Positions 14,200-27,255 of a stretch of DNA of 64,000 bases are shown here, in pieces. The notes below the pieces were generated by a model. It saw nothing but the letters and a program-made list of their open reading frames with translations, was not told the origin of the DNA and made no database searches. The stretch comes from Dimorphilus gyrociliatus (taxonomy: Eukaryota; Animalia; Annelida). The stretch spans positions 868,001 to 932,000 of the forward strand of contig CAJFCJ010000025.1 in the NCBI GenBank assembly GCA_904063045.1, read 5' to 3'. The position numbers and the translations under genes were made by a program. Position 1 is the first letter of the stretch. Every line of letters begins with the position of its first letter.

Positions 14200-16845
14200 A
14201 TAAGTTTCTGATAGAAAGCTATAAGATTTTGTACTGAGTACTAAAGAGTGAAAATTGATAATTTTCTGCCTCCATAACTAATGCATATTACAACGCTAAT
14301 TTTCACTTCTAGTACAAAATTATATAAAATCTTTCAAAAGAAACGTAATAACTGATTACTCTAAAAATTTGATATCGTCGTTGAATTATTCAAAATAGGA
14401 AAGAGATTAGTCATTCTGTTGCGCAACAGATTTATATTAAAGGCAAGGGTTTTCATCTGCATTACTGTACCGATAGTAAATATGCAAATTAAGGCTGTGC
14501 TATAAACAAATGAACACTTTCTATGTTTATTACTTCATTATAATAAGAAACATGTCCTAATTCATTCTATATAAAACATTAGTTTACAAAAATTATAGTA
14601 AGATGGAAAATTGCTTCTATAGGACTTCGGATAAACTTCATATTCTATATTAGATATAAACCTTATATAGTATAGTATCAGTTTCATGAAAACAATTATG
14701 CTAAAAGAAAAAAAATTCAATAAACCTTAATTTATTTGCCATTTTCCTCTTCTTCTATGTTTATCTTTTATGTTATTTTTAGTTCATTTCTCCTTCTTTC
14801 TCGCTATAAATATCAATTGTAAAATTTATTTAAGGCTATCCTTCCACTGCTCTATCTTTCATATATATATATATATATATATATACTGTGTAATCTATAG
14901 ATAACAGCTTCAAGCATTACAATAACAACAATGTAGTTTACAATTCTTACCTGACAAGTTTTTAATTTTTACCTTTTACTTTTTTCAACACAAATTGAGT
15001 GATGAATAATTAGTTGAAAGATCTATTTCTCAACGTGCTTAAATATGAAAATATAAACATTGCAATTTGATACTACAGTTATTATTCATTTTATTAATAA
15101 ATATATATTGGAAACTAAACAAGTACATGCTTTAATTTTTACTTGTCTGTTTTCTATTATAGTTTTTACTTTATAAAATAGACAATACTATAGAACTACA
15201 TTTTTCCATCTATTACATACAACTTTTAGCTTTGCATATCAAAGTAGAAGATGCAAAAGAAAGAAAAGAAAAGAAATGATGCTTTAATTAACCCAACTTG
15301 CAAAATGATATCACAAGTAATAATTATTAATTAATATAAATTAATAAATTAATTATCCATTGCTAACTGTTGCGTAGAATACAAAGATGCACATTTTCCC
15401 CAGCCGTTTTATTTTTGGATTTAATATTGTCACATAAGTTTACATAGGAGTGCAATTCTATTCTAAAGATGTCATTTAAACTTTCTTCTAAGTATAATTT
15501 CACTCTTCAAAAATTAATGCAATGTATTCTCTATATACAGTATATACTGTAAAGAAATTTTGGTGATTGGTTCTGTCATTATTTACAATATGCATAGAAA
15601 TTTTCCATTCTCTTTCGTGAGAATTTTTCATGAATTATAATCGTTTATTCGATATTACAATGGTAATCGCAGACTATTTGGAAAGGTTCCTACTTGTGAA
15701 AAATGGTAGGCGACGTAGGGTTAAACATGTACGACTTTTCAATGACGATGAAAGTTGCTAACATTTTTTTGTGACATTAAAAAAATGATGTAAGCAAATC
15801 AACACATGCGTAAATGGTCCTAAGCAGTGATGCCTGACTAGCTGTTACCAAGAGATTCAAAGAGAGCTTAAACTAATTTCAAAGGGGAATCCTCCGTATT
15901 ATCCACATCTAATCGGTTGAATAAGGGACAAAGGACAAAGAACTGTAATTTAGGGATTTAAAAATTTAAATACTTATAAAAGCTGTCAATTTGCTGTACA
16001 TTATTGTATAAAAATACTTCATCGATGGGTAATCTGCAAGTCCTAGATTTAGTCTCATGTTGTCCCTGTTTATATTTTGACGCCGAAGGACGGGGTAGGG
16101 GGGGGGGGTGAGTGCATTTTCTGCTTTACATATATACAGTATATAAATTAATATATACAATTCAAACACTAGACATAACTAGATGGACTCTTCCGTCTTT
16201 TTATTATATATGATGTTATACTTATAATGGCAATTCATTTTATTTCGCTTACAGGTGGACATGATGGTTATTTATTCACAGCTGAGATCGAATAAAACTC
16301 GCACATGTCCCATTAACAATAAGCGACACCTTCTACCTCCTCCTCCTTTAGACTCCAGAAGGAAATTTTCTTCTCCTAGATCGACTGGAACACGGACTAC
16401 GTCTTCCGAAACGAGTTGTCCAACTCGCTCGTCTAATGTAAGCCAAAGGTCATCAGAAACTAGATCCACATTTAAAAGATCACCTGAAATCGAACTAGAG
16501 GGGGCCACTTGCCAAGCTGAGAAATCAACAAATAGCGTTTTGGAAATTCTCGAACAATATTTTGGAGATAATATCGATAGAAAACGAAGAGAAATGTTCA
16601 ACTGCACTCTTAGTATACCTACAACGATTAACGAGGAAACATCTCGAAGTAATATTAGCCAATCCCCAATTGCTGATAGACAAACTATGGCACAGATTGC
16701 GGAAGATGACGCTAATCAAGATATAGTTGCTGGGAAAGACTTTTATTTAGAGTCCGATTCTTCCTATAGATTATCCAGATTCTTCCAGAGCACAAGAGAC
16801 ATAGAAGTGTTGAAGGGCGACTTTGAAGCTAATTTTCGAGATTAA
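5572..16845 (+). CDS. Rhodopsin-like (class A) neuropeptide GPCR, orexin/allatotropin/QRFP/NPFF-receptor-like; exons 5572-5842, 9860-9955, 13100-13818, 16255-16845 (558 aa); reading through the 13819 donor stops at 13830 (365 aa)
   Basis: Spliced translation gives 7 TM helices: TM1 GNVLV, TM2 NLSFADLLV, ECL1 W..GEFMCK, TM3 AFDRH, TM6 RRKVARML...FAICWIPY, TM7 GHFNSAINPILYCFM. All junctions are GT-AG and phase-compatible (1,1,0). Exon 2 is too short for the ORF track and was found by eye. Subfamily assignment is from motif resemblance only. Confidence 0.9.
7941..7971. repeat. (GAA)n microsatellite in GPCR intron 1
   Basis: Direct read. Confidence 0.95.
13946..13986. repeat. (GA)n microsatellite
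   Basis: Direct read, one interruption. Confidence 0.95.
15536..15551. mobile_element. Paired Tc1/mariner-type excision footprints TACAGTA-TA-TACTGTA (example; similar at 4535-4550, 55330-55362, 61171-61186)
   Basis: The heptamers match the established Tc1/Sleeping Beauty footprint (TA-CAG/CTG-TA) and sit in TA-rich target sequence. No transposase was seen. Confidence 0.45.
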
Positions 16846-17267
16846 TATATAACAAAGGGCGCATACTGTTTACAAAGTATATTTTTAAATATACAGCGCA
16901 AATGTTATATTCAATCCCTTTCTCCTTGAATTTATCACAATCAATTTAATTCTCTAAGAAAGAAATTCTGCAGCTCGACTTGTAATTAATAATTTGAAAA
17001 GCACAATGGAAATTATATGTATATAAATGCACTATATATACAACAGTTTATATTAAAACTTGAACATATTATTTGTTCAGCTTTACATTACAGAGTGTTC
17101 AAGATAATTTAAATATAAAATATATGTCTATGTATACGTTGAAATGTTTGTAAATAAATAATACGTACAGTATTTATTGAAATTATCAACTTTTAATAAA
17201 ATAAAAACATACTGGTAATTGATGCTTATTCGTTAAGTTTCAACTTCCCTACCCTCTCCCTCTTTCT

Positions 17268-17304
<37 letters not shown>

Positions 17305-19904
17305 CAATATTTTAACTTTCTTTGCGATACCAATAATGTCAACCTGCCGATCCTCTCCTCTCCCTCTATACTTCAGACTAATTATTCTTAAATCAATACA
17401 TTTCTATGTATTGATGTTGATATCTTTCATGTGAAAAAGGAACAGTACCAGCATAGATGAAAAAACTAATCTAATAACTAATTCTATCTAGCACTATTGA
17501 TGAAAAATGCGACCTTAAAGTGACAGTAGCTGTGGCAAACAAAATTGAATAATTAATAAAATAAGATAGTAATCTTCAAGTGTAATTCTTAGTCATAAAA
17601 AGTATTAACCTTTTTGATTAGCGTATAAATTAACCATTTTTTTTAAATATCTAATAGAAAACATGAGAGTGTAAATATTTTATGAATTAATATTACTATT
17701 CTCAAAAGTAATGAGAAAAAAGAGGACAGACTGGAAGAAAAAGAAAGAATTGCTTTAGATTAAACAGTATAATTCTACATTGCAATCAATGATAAGAAGA
17801 AGAAAAAGAATGACACGACTCTTTCTTTGTAATCAGTTAGAGTATTTTTCTATTCATTCTCTTTTATACAGTAATTTTTCACTACAATTTCTTAAGTTTT
17901 GCCTATACCGTTTCGTTGATTCTAATGTTATAATTATATAACTTTAATGGCCTTATTTGATATCTTAAAAGTGAAGAAAGAAAAGACATCTGGTCCTGGC
18001 TTACCAGTCACTTGTTTGTCTTCAGCACACTAAACAATTCTTAACTGATGACCTGCAGAATACAATTGTTTATTTATTTTTCCATTCTTCATCTCTAAAA
18101 TAATGAATGATATAACACTCCATTTTCATTAGAGGAGTTTGTCAAAATATAGATTGCGTTTGCCCAAATGTCAAATATATACTGCTTATTGGTTTTTAAC
18201 ACGTTTTCTTTTTCAGTCTTACTTGTCTTGTTTTTTATCTATAATAACGGCATGAATCTCATTTGCATATACTGTAGTATACTGTCGTCCACTTTATATT
18301 TAACATTCCGTTCTCACATTTCATTCAATCGAAACGATAAAAAAATTACATTTTAGCTTTACTTTTTCCTTTCCTTTTTATCCTCATTTTTTTCCTTTTA
18401 GCCTTCTTGCATAAGCATGAATTATAAAATATATTCTCATCACATTTAAGCGCGGGAAGAAAAGGTTTCTACCGTTACTTATATTATTTATTATTTAGTT
18501 ATTTTTTGAGAAAAAGATATTGACCTATTTACGGTATTTATATCGAAATATAATTCATTAATATTACCTTCATTTTAATGTCAATATATTTCCCAAAAAA
18601 AGAAATATGTTAGTTTTCCATAATCATATAGATGGCGTTATCATACAAAGAGAAAACTTGGCGATTATATCATAAAAATAGAATGATTTAATGTAATTAT
18701 CACAGTAGTTATTGAATAATATTTATTTCTATACAAAAACAATTCAACATCTAATCTACGATTGATTGGAAAGAGAAAAGAGAAGCATTTCAACTATTTA
18801 TTTCTGTATTAACTTTATGTATAAGCCTATAGTTTCAAAATGAAGATAGAGAGAATTTTTACAGACCAACCTATACATTAGTTTTAGTGATATCATCTCA
18901 GATACTGTAAAAGTTTAATTATATCAAAATTACTTGTTTGTATTATTAAATTGTTTATAATTAATATCATTTATCTCATTTTCTTCCGGTTTTCTATGTA
19001 AAATAAGTTGAAAATACGTTTTTTGCCTTAGAATAATGAAGAATACATTAATTAAAAGTTACAGCTTCATTTCCTCTAGTTATTTGTTGAAAAGAGGAAA
19101 AAAATTCATGTGACTAAGAGAATGTTAAATTGATTTCATGTTAGATTAATGGTAGTTGTTAATTAAAGTTGACATTTTCGATGGCATCTTATATTGGGAA
19201 TGGTTTTGCTGTAAAACAGTAGGAAAAGAGAGAACGAGACAGAGACATTGAGAGAGATGAGAGACGTCGTTGTGTTTGGTTAGTAGAGCCAGAGGAGAAA
19301 AAAGAAGAAGGGCAAAATAGAGACGCAATGTGTTCTACTTTTAGCAATATAACAAAGATCTATACCATACGTGAATCTGTATAAGACATACTGTATATTC
19401 TTGTTTAAATAATTTATCCTTTAACATTTGTACGTAAAACGTTGTTTGTAGTATAATAGATGTTTAGTTGTCTAATATATTCCGTTTACTGTACCTGGGG
19501 TATTTGGAGCATCTTTTAGGTTTTGCAGTATAATTTCCAACCAACTCTATCTTTATGAAATTTAACAAAAAGAAACTAGGTTAGGCGTCTATTCTAAATA
19601 AAATAAAACATGTAAATATATAGTTCTATTCGTGTTTATATAAGTAATGAGAATCACTAGGTCGACTGTATAGGTATATTATACATAAATAATTTAAAGA
19701 ATATTTTAGACTAAACACTATATTCATAAAATGTAAAGTACAACAACGGTAAGATTCTGTAACACTCTTTGCATATAGTATTAAATTGGCATAGGCTGAC
19801 AAACTGTTTACCTCTTGAAATTTTGATAATGAATATATGGAAATGTAGGTACATTACTGAAATGAATATTTAATATAATATGACTTTGCGCTACTTATAG
19901 CAAA

Positions 19905-20958
19905 ATGCAAGTAAACGTCAACCAAAACGTTTCAATAAGGTTTAGGATTCTTCTCTTGGATACCTTAGAAGAATACAATAAATGGCTACTTTTAATTGTT
20001 TATCCAATAGTCTTGATCATCGGAATACTTGGAAACGTTTTTCTTATTATTCATTTTTGCAAAGATAAAAGATGGAAAAGAATTTCCAGTTGTCTAATTA
20101 TCTTCCTAAGTATTTCTCAGATAATGTTATGTTCAGCTGTTTTTGCCATTCCAGTTGCATCTTCTTTACTTGAAATAACGGTAATTCGTAACAGTACAAT
20201 ATTAACAGTTGAACAATTACAATATCCTTTGTTCTTAATATTCTGCTATGGCTGTATAAAAGGTTTGATTGGGGTTATCTCCTCTCTACTAGCTGTTATA
20301 GCTTTCGATAGATTTTTAAGCGTCTATATACCATTCAAGTATGAACGGAAAGAGATCAAAACCCTTACCATTTTGCTTATTCTAATATTCTTAACTTTAT
20401 CTGTATTGGCTGGTGATACATCATACACTAACGCCTGTAACGATTGCCAGGCTTTGGTCTTATTATTCGCTATTATGCTAATAAGCCTATTATCGCAAAT
20501 AATCTTTTATCTTTTGATTAGTGTAAGATTGATAAAGCAAAGGAGAACTATCAACGAAATGGTTATTGCATTAAGAGAACATTCCCAGAAAGGTAACTGG
20601 CACTTTAGCATAATATAATAAAGAAACAATATAATTAATCTACTTTTAACCTACTTTTTTTTATTATCTATTTTCATCTTTTATCTTTTTTCCACGCTAT
20701 TTAGCGAGATCTCTCGGCGCATCTGTAAGAAATATAAGGATAATTAAGAGCCTTTTGATGATATCGTTACTCTCTATCATCAGCTTCATACCATTAAATT
20801 TAGTAATATTTGCAGTCAATGAAGAAGGAATTTTCTCTTTCTTTATTCTTGGACTAATAACCGCTTTTGGAATTCCTATCATATTTTTCATCTTTAATCC
20901 TAAATTTAAGGGATTTATTATCTATTTAGTTAATTTAATAAAATTCAAGAGAAATTGA
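19905..20958 (+). CDS. Divergent orphan 7TM receptor A; exons 19905-20592, 20705-20958 (313 aa)
   Basis: TM1 GILGNV, TM3 IAFDRF, TM7 GIPIIFFIFNPKFK. A phase-1 intron (GTAACT...TTAG, 112 bp) in ICL3 joins ORFs 19905..20618 and 20755..20958 in frame. Confidence 0.85.
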
Positions 20959-22545
20959 ACATAGCCATTGTTTTTTATACGCAAACTGTGACATTCAAGT
21001 GCAATATATCGTATTTGTTTGAAGTTATACCTGTTATATAGCAGATATTGTTAAAAAATAAGCGATCATTAATTATTTAAAAATAGCTGATTATAAAGAA
21101 TGCTCTATATAATTTTTTATTCCTTAAACATCGATTTACAGCCCTATACAGCAATTAACCTTTGACTGAAGGTGGAAGAGGAAATTGTACTCATCATTCA
21201 AATATAAACGAAATGATATTATAATAGACAGTATATGTATAGATTTAATCTATGTTTTAGGTAAAAAGCATAAAGATTGAGCAATATGCTTTCTTCCCTT
21301 CTCTTCCTTACTTTGATAAACTTTTTCGCAGAGGCTTTCCAATGTTTCCTTCTCTATTATTCTATTTTTGATCACAACTTATTTTAATTACTTGAAATCT
21401 ATTTTTGCAATTCATGAATCTACGTATATCGATGATATTTTCTACTTTCCTTTATAGACAGCTCTTTTATTTAATAATTTTGGTAATTAAAAGAATATGA
21501 ACCTAATTAAAAATGATTAGATTTTAATGAATCAGAAAATTTGTCGGTTATAATTTGTTAAGTAGATTGTATATATTCATATCTCATACTATTTAAAGAG
21601 AAAGGAATAAGGGGGATAATGGTGAGTCGATATCGTAGTTTATGAAATTATGTAACTTTAGAATAGACTTTTATTAATTTACAAAAATAATAATAATAAC
21701 CGATACGATTAGTTGACTTCCTCTAGGTGATTATATAAGTGACATTTGATAGTAGTCATTACTTTTTTCTCCTAGACTTTGAGAAGGGAGACAGTTTCGT
21801 ATTCAACAAAGTAAAATGAGCTATCTCTTTTTAGAAAATGCAATTTCATCAGTTTACATTACATGCAATGCTGTTTTTTATGTTAAATTTATATAAATGT
21901 ATATATATGCTTAAATGAAATGGTCTAAACAAAAACTACAGTAAGATGATGAGAATTAAAGATAAAATATATACATAAAAGAACACTAGTAGGCAGATTT
22001 TTATTGAAGCTAACTGACCTTGAACATATTATTAATATAGCTAAATTTTTCATATTGAGTAGAGTATATGATTAAGGGGAATAAGGGAATGAAAAAAAAA
22101 CTGTGATAGGTATAATCCTAATTATTTCCCATAATTTAACTCAAACTTAAAAGCTTTTTTAATCTAGATATAAAGTAATAATTTGTTGTAGTTTATTTAG
22201 CCTTGCTCATTTATTCTTATTTATAGTATTCATTACCGCCATGTATTCTTATATTAAACGCCCACCATTTTAATCTACCTCTCTTATTATCATATTCCTA
22301 GGTTTTTTATCCTCTTCTTACTCATGTTTTTTATTATTTTAGCAACAAGAATATATAAATGAACACGATTTTTTTAATTGTTATTGTTATTATGCCAATA
22401 GGGATAAATAATCTTTATTCAATGTTTTGTTATGTAATGCAACTACTGGAAAAAAAAACGAAATAATAGACTGTCTATATCAGCTTACCAACTTCCAAGA
22501 TCTTGCTTGTACATTAAGTGCCCGATACATTGTAAACTATATACA

Positions 22546-22584
<39 letters not shown>

Positions 22585-23807
22585 CTCAATCAAAAATGAA
22601 AGGGAGACTGGACGATAATTAAAATATGATGATGTCGTCGAATATGAAAATTTTATAGTTAGTCTTCAACATAATTATTCCTCTTCTCAATACATTATTT
22701 TTCATCTTTTCACTAAGACTCTGATGCTCAATAAACCATTGTAAATCGTTTCTTCTCCTACGCAATCAATTTTCCGCAACATTTAGTTTACTGAATCAAA
22801 AATCTTGTTCCTGCCAGAGTTCTTTACAGACACTTTGACTAACAAACAAATGTTATGGGTTATAGCAGGGGGCCACTGCCTAGTTAAGTCTCAGCTCTCC
22901 CTGTCCCAGATTTTTTAGACTACTACATTCTAGTATCTTTCAACATTGTATAGTATACCCCATATTTGTAAAACGCGGAACACTAAAGTTTCGTTTTAAG
23001 TATATCTTTCTCTTAATAATAACTTGGTTCAGTTCATCATTAAGCTAGTAAAAGGATTTTTTTGCATTCTTCTTCTTTTTAAGATTTCCCTGCTTGACTG
23101 ACATAGCGAGAGGCAGAAAGACACAGGCAGACAGACACAAAGACGATGAGGCGGACCGATAGACAGATAGAAAAGCTATCCCTTCTATATAGGTATAGCG
23201 AAACTTTACAGTACCTTCTCTTTTCATCTTTAAGTCACTTTTTAGATAGGCGTAAAGTATTGTATAGATCTGACGTACAATATAACTTTTGATTGAAATC
23301 AAAACAATAACAGTTTCATAATCCATTTTAATCATTCATACATATACTGTATATTGGCATATATAAATTTATACATATATATATATATATATGTATAATA
23401 TTGATACAATATTTTCAGGGTTACTGATTGATATTTCTCCTTTCATGTTAGTTCGAGAGATATTTGAACAAAATATTTATTATAGTTCTGTACTTTGAAG
23501 AATAATGCTTCCTTCATCTTTGGCTCTGCTGTATAGTAGAATTTTGGTGAAAATGTTTGTGTTTAGCTTTTATTTTCTCGAATTAAAAAGGCTTAAAAGT
23601 TGAATATTGCAAAATTGAATATTCAAAATTGAATAAGAAAGACAAACAGCACAACAAATTCTTTTTTTTTTTAAAACATAAAAACAGAAATTTCATACGA
23701 AAAGGAATATGATGAGCACATTATACAAAACGTGTTCAATAGATATATATATATATACTAATACATTAGTATATATATATAAAAAGCTATGTATATGCTG
23801 TTGTGTT

Positions 23808-24941
23808 TTAACCAGTTTTACCTTTATGAAAAATACAACAACATATATACTTTTTAAGTAATTGAATGAGAAAGTGTCTAAAATCAGCATTAAATATGCA
23901 AAATATTACGGGATTCCAAGCAGTATTGAAGTATAGTAATATATGTACAAAAAGATCATAACGTTTTGTATGATTATTACTTAACAAAAATATAATATCC
24001 AAAACTATTGTTATAAGAGATACCAAGGATATTGTTGCCATGCTCTTCGTTATTGTTACAATTCTAGCGGGAATTTTTGTTGAACTACCTACAATAAGGA
24101 GAATTGAACGAAACAGATATATTTTTATATTATATGAATATATTATATATGTATAAATTCAATTACCTGAGTGAATCACTTGTCTAAATCCATGTTCATA
24201 CTCAAGTAACTCTATCTTTTTAGATATATTATTTTTAAATTGAACAGCGTATAGTTTTCTTCTCTTCATAATCCGATAGCTTATCAGCGAATATGATGTT
24301 ATCTGACAGATTATACTCAATAGGTAGATTATCCAAAAGCAGAAAAAATTTGAAAAGCATATATCTAGACAAACTACTCTTCCAACATAGCTAGCGGCCA
24401 TTGATATAACAAACATAACTACTAAAGCAATATAAGGTGTTCTTGTAAAGGATTTGTTATTTTTTTTCAAAGGTAGATAGACGCTTATTAGATGGTCAAA
24501 AGCAATCAAACCGAGCAAAGATGCTGTATATGAGACACTAAATATTTTGAAACATCGAAATATTGTCAAAAATTCGGGAGCTTTCATTATAATTAACTTT
24601 TCTGTTTTCGTCTGAAAGACAATTTGAACAGTTGCCTGTTCCGCCATTGGAAGGTATAAAATCAGAAATATTGAAGTAAGAATGTTCATAAGGGAATAAA
24701 GAGACAAGTGAATATTTGATATTTTCATACTCTTCTTTCTCATGCTTAGATGATTAATCAGTAAAAGACTATTCCCTATAAGGCCAATTATGCCCAAACT
24801 TGGAGAGAGAATAAATATATCCCTAGCCTCTTTACTACTGAATAATTCCATATAGGAAACTTTAATGGGTATTTCATCGGGAAAATGCGACATATTTTTA
24901 TTGTGTTTCAATATATAAGAAGTAAAATTCATATCTTCCAT
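23808..24941 (-). CDS. Divergent orphan 7TM receptor B; exons 24941-24167, 24088-23808 (351 aa)
   Basis: First ATG at 24941 (MEDMNFT; the ORF track starts at an upstream TTG). TM1 GLIGNS, TM3 IAFDHL, TM7 WNPVIFCIFNADFR. 78-bp phase-1 GT-AG intron in ICL3. Confidence 0.85.
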
Positions 24942-25523
24942 ACTGTCCTTTTCTTTTATTATCAATCTCTCTCTCTCTCTCTGTTCAACAGTTGACCTTG
25001 AAGTTTTTCACAAACGAAAGAAACAAATTAATTCATTAAAACGTATAGAAAAATCATTTTACTTTAACATTACAGTAATAAAATTATTAAATTATATTTG
25101 CTCAACTTACTTGATGTTATTACTTTCAAGATCTTTAAATTATTTCAATAACAATCTTTCAGTAATGTTTCCTAGCAACTTTACTGTAACAAATATTTAA
25201 CTGAAACTACAACAGGCAATGACATCATAAAGTATTATATCATGCTTTTTTATTACTATTCTCCTATCATTCTCCACTTTCAACTCGACGCTCCATCTAG
25301 AGTGCGAAAGAAAAAGAGACAGTTCAATGACACCTGTTTTAGGATGCGTGCTTTTTTTATTTATTTACATTATTATCCCATCTTTTTCTGATTAAAACAA
25401 CACGAATTTAACAATAATGAAGATGATAAGAAAGTGTAATTTATATATATATATATATATATTGTATACGGCATATATATACTGTATTAATAATATTAAT
25501 AGCAAACTGGAAGGTACACTATT

Positions 25524-25565
25524 ATCCTTTACAAGAACACCTTATATTGCTTTAGTAGTTATGTT
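25524..25565 (+). repeat. Perfect 42-bp inverted copy of receptor B coding sequence (24412-24453)
   Basis: ATCCTTTACAAGAACACCTTATATTGCTTTAGTAGTTATGTT is the exact reverse complement of 24412-24453 (encoding SFTRTPYIALVVM). Confidence 0.95.
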
Positions 25566-26206
25566 AAAACCTTACTATATTGTGCACTGTATACATTTTT
25601 TTCGAAATCTTATAATTAAATTAGCTAAAGGGGCATATAAACTAAGAAAGAAAAGGAGAAGAAAGACTGATACATTGATGATATATAGATAGACAAATAG
25701 ACAGATAGATAGATGGATGGATAGAAAGCAGAGAAGGAAAGGGATTTTTTTTCGTTAATAATTAAGCTAATTTGTTAATTTATTGAAAAAAATTCATTTG
25801 TGTTCTGCTTTAAAAAACATTTATTTTTGCGATAAGACAACATAGAATATAAATGTGTGCACAATTTTTAATAGTCCGTCCGTTATACAGCAAAACTTTA
25901 CAGTCACAAATATAAGTTTCATTTTGATTCAAGGTTTAGTTAAATAGACACTTGGACAGAGAGAGAGAGAGAAAAAATCATTCGCTGCTTTGTATCATTT
26001 TTTTTGGATTCTCATAAAATTAAAGTTGATGCGCTCGGTACTTCTGGATAATAGATAAATGGTTGTTATAGGCAAATTATATCCATTACACACAATATAT
26101 AATAATCAAGATTTCTATTCTTAAACGAATCACCCACAGTTGTATACGTGACATTTAATATCTACTGTATTTTATTGTATACTTCAAAATCTGAAATAAT
26201 TTCCCC

Positions 26207-27255
26207 TTATTCCGAGGTTCTTTTAAAAGGAGTGTTTATGAATTGTCTAAATTTTCTATTCATGACAAGGAAGAGAATTGGGCTCCAAATAGAATTCATA
26301 TATACCGATGAATAGATTAGTAATGAAGTTGATTCAATGACTTTAAAATTAGCTAACCATGTTGGTATAGTTATCACAAATGTTATTATTGAAGTTGATA
26401 AAATGAATATTGTCATATAAAGATTATCAGACTGAATTTCTGCAATAAAAGATATAGATATTGTAAATATTGTATACATACATTGGAATTAAGATCATCA
26501 CTATCTTGTTTGAATATTTGAATATGCTAACCTTTGTCGTCTTCCTCCATATCTTTACCAGTTTCAATTGAATCAGCTTTTGATATTGGTTGAACATTGA
26601 TTACTTTATTCGTGTTACTTTGTAGTTTCAATAGTGTTATAACATTCATAATTAGTTGTAGAATTTCTCCGCTAAAGAATAAAAGTAATAGAGCAATTGC
26701 TTTATAGCACATTCTTGTAGGACAAGAACTTCTTATTCTTAAACCGATCATCAAGCATAATAAGAATATTATTAACACCAGAATGTAATTAATTATCTTA
26801 AACTTTAAATCCCTTTTATTTAAACATATCAATAACTGATCAAACGACATTACCGCCAATAGCATGGATGTAATTGTTAAGACAAATAAGCTAGTTCCGA
26901 AATACGTTGCCAAATTATCTGTTAATTCAATACTAGTTGCAAAAGAAGGTAGAGCAATCTTTACATTAACTTTAATCGTTTTCATTACAGCCGTAAACCA
27001 AATAAGTAAAATTCCGCAAATAATATTTATCGCATTGAATATGATAAGAAATACTTTTGTGGGATTTCGATAAGTTTTCTTCCAGTTCACCAAAAGGAAA
27101 ATTAGCATTAGAATATTTCCCAAAATTGATATTATTCCAGTAATAGGATTGACAACTGTCAGGGCTATTTCCTCATTTTTCTTAAATACCTTGAATAAAT
27201 CCGTAGGTACAATCAAATATTTTAATCTCAATAACTGTGTTAAGTTACCATTCAT
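26207..27255 (-). CDS. Divergent orphan 7TM receptor C; exons 27255-26532, 26439-26207 (318 aa)
   Basis: First ATG at 27255 (MNGNLT). TM1 SILGNI, TM3 MSFDQL, TM7 WSPILFLVMNRKFR. 92-bp phase-1 intron (GTTAG...TTGCAG). Confidence 0.8.

Noticed and set aside
16272-16719. Minus-strand ORFs overlapping the GPCR last exon
   Set aside because: Antisense shadows of a GC-richer coding exon, with no independent features.
19146-19328. Signal-peptide-like ORF MRLYFALLLFSPLALL
   Set aside because: TTG start; the hydrophobicity derives from an antisense purine-rich tract; no family features.
22620-22850. Coding-like minus-strand fragment (CKELWQEQDF...RRRRNDLQWFIEHQ) between receptors A and B
   Set aside because: Several in-frame stops, no similarity to the neighbouring receptors, no splice support.
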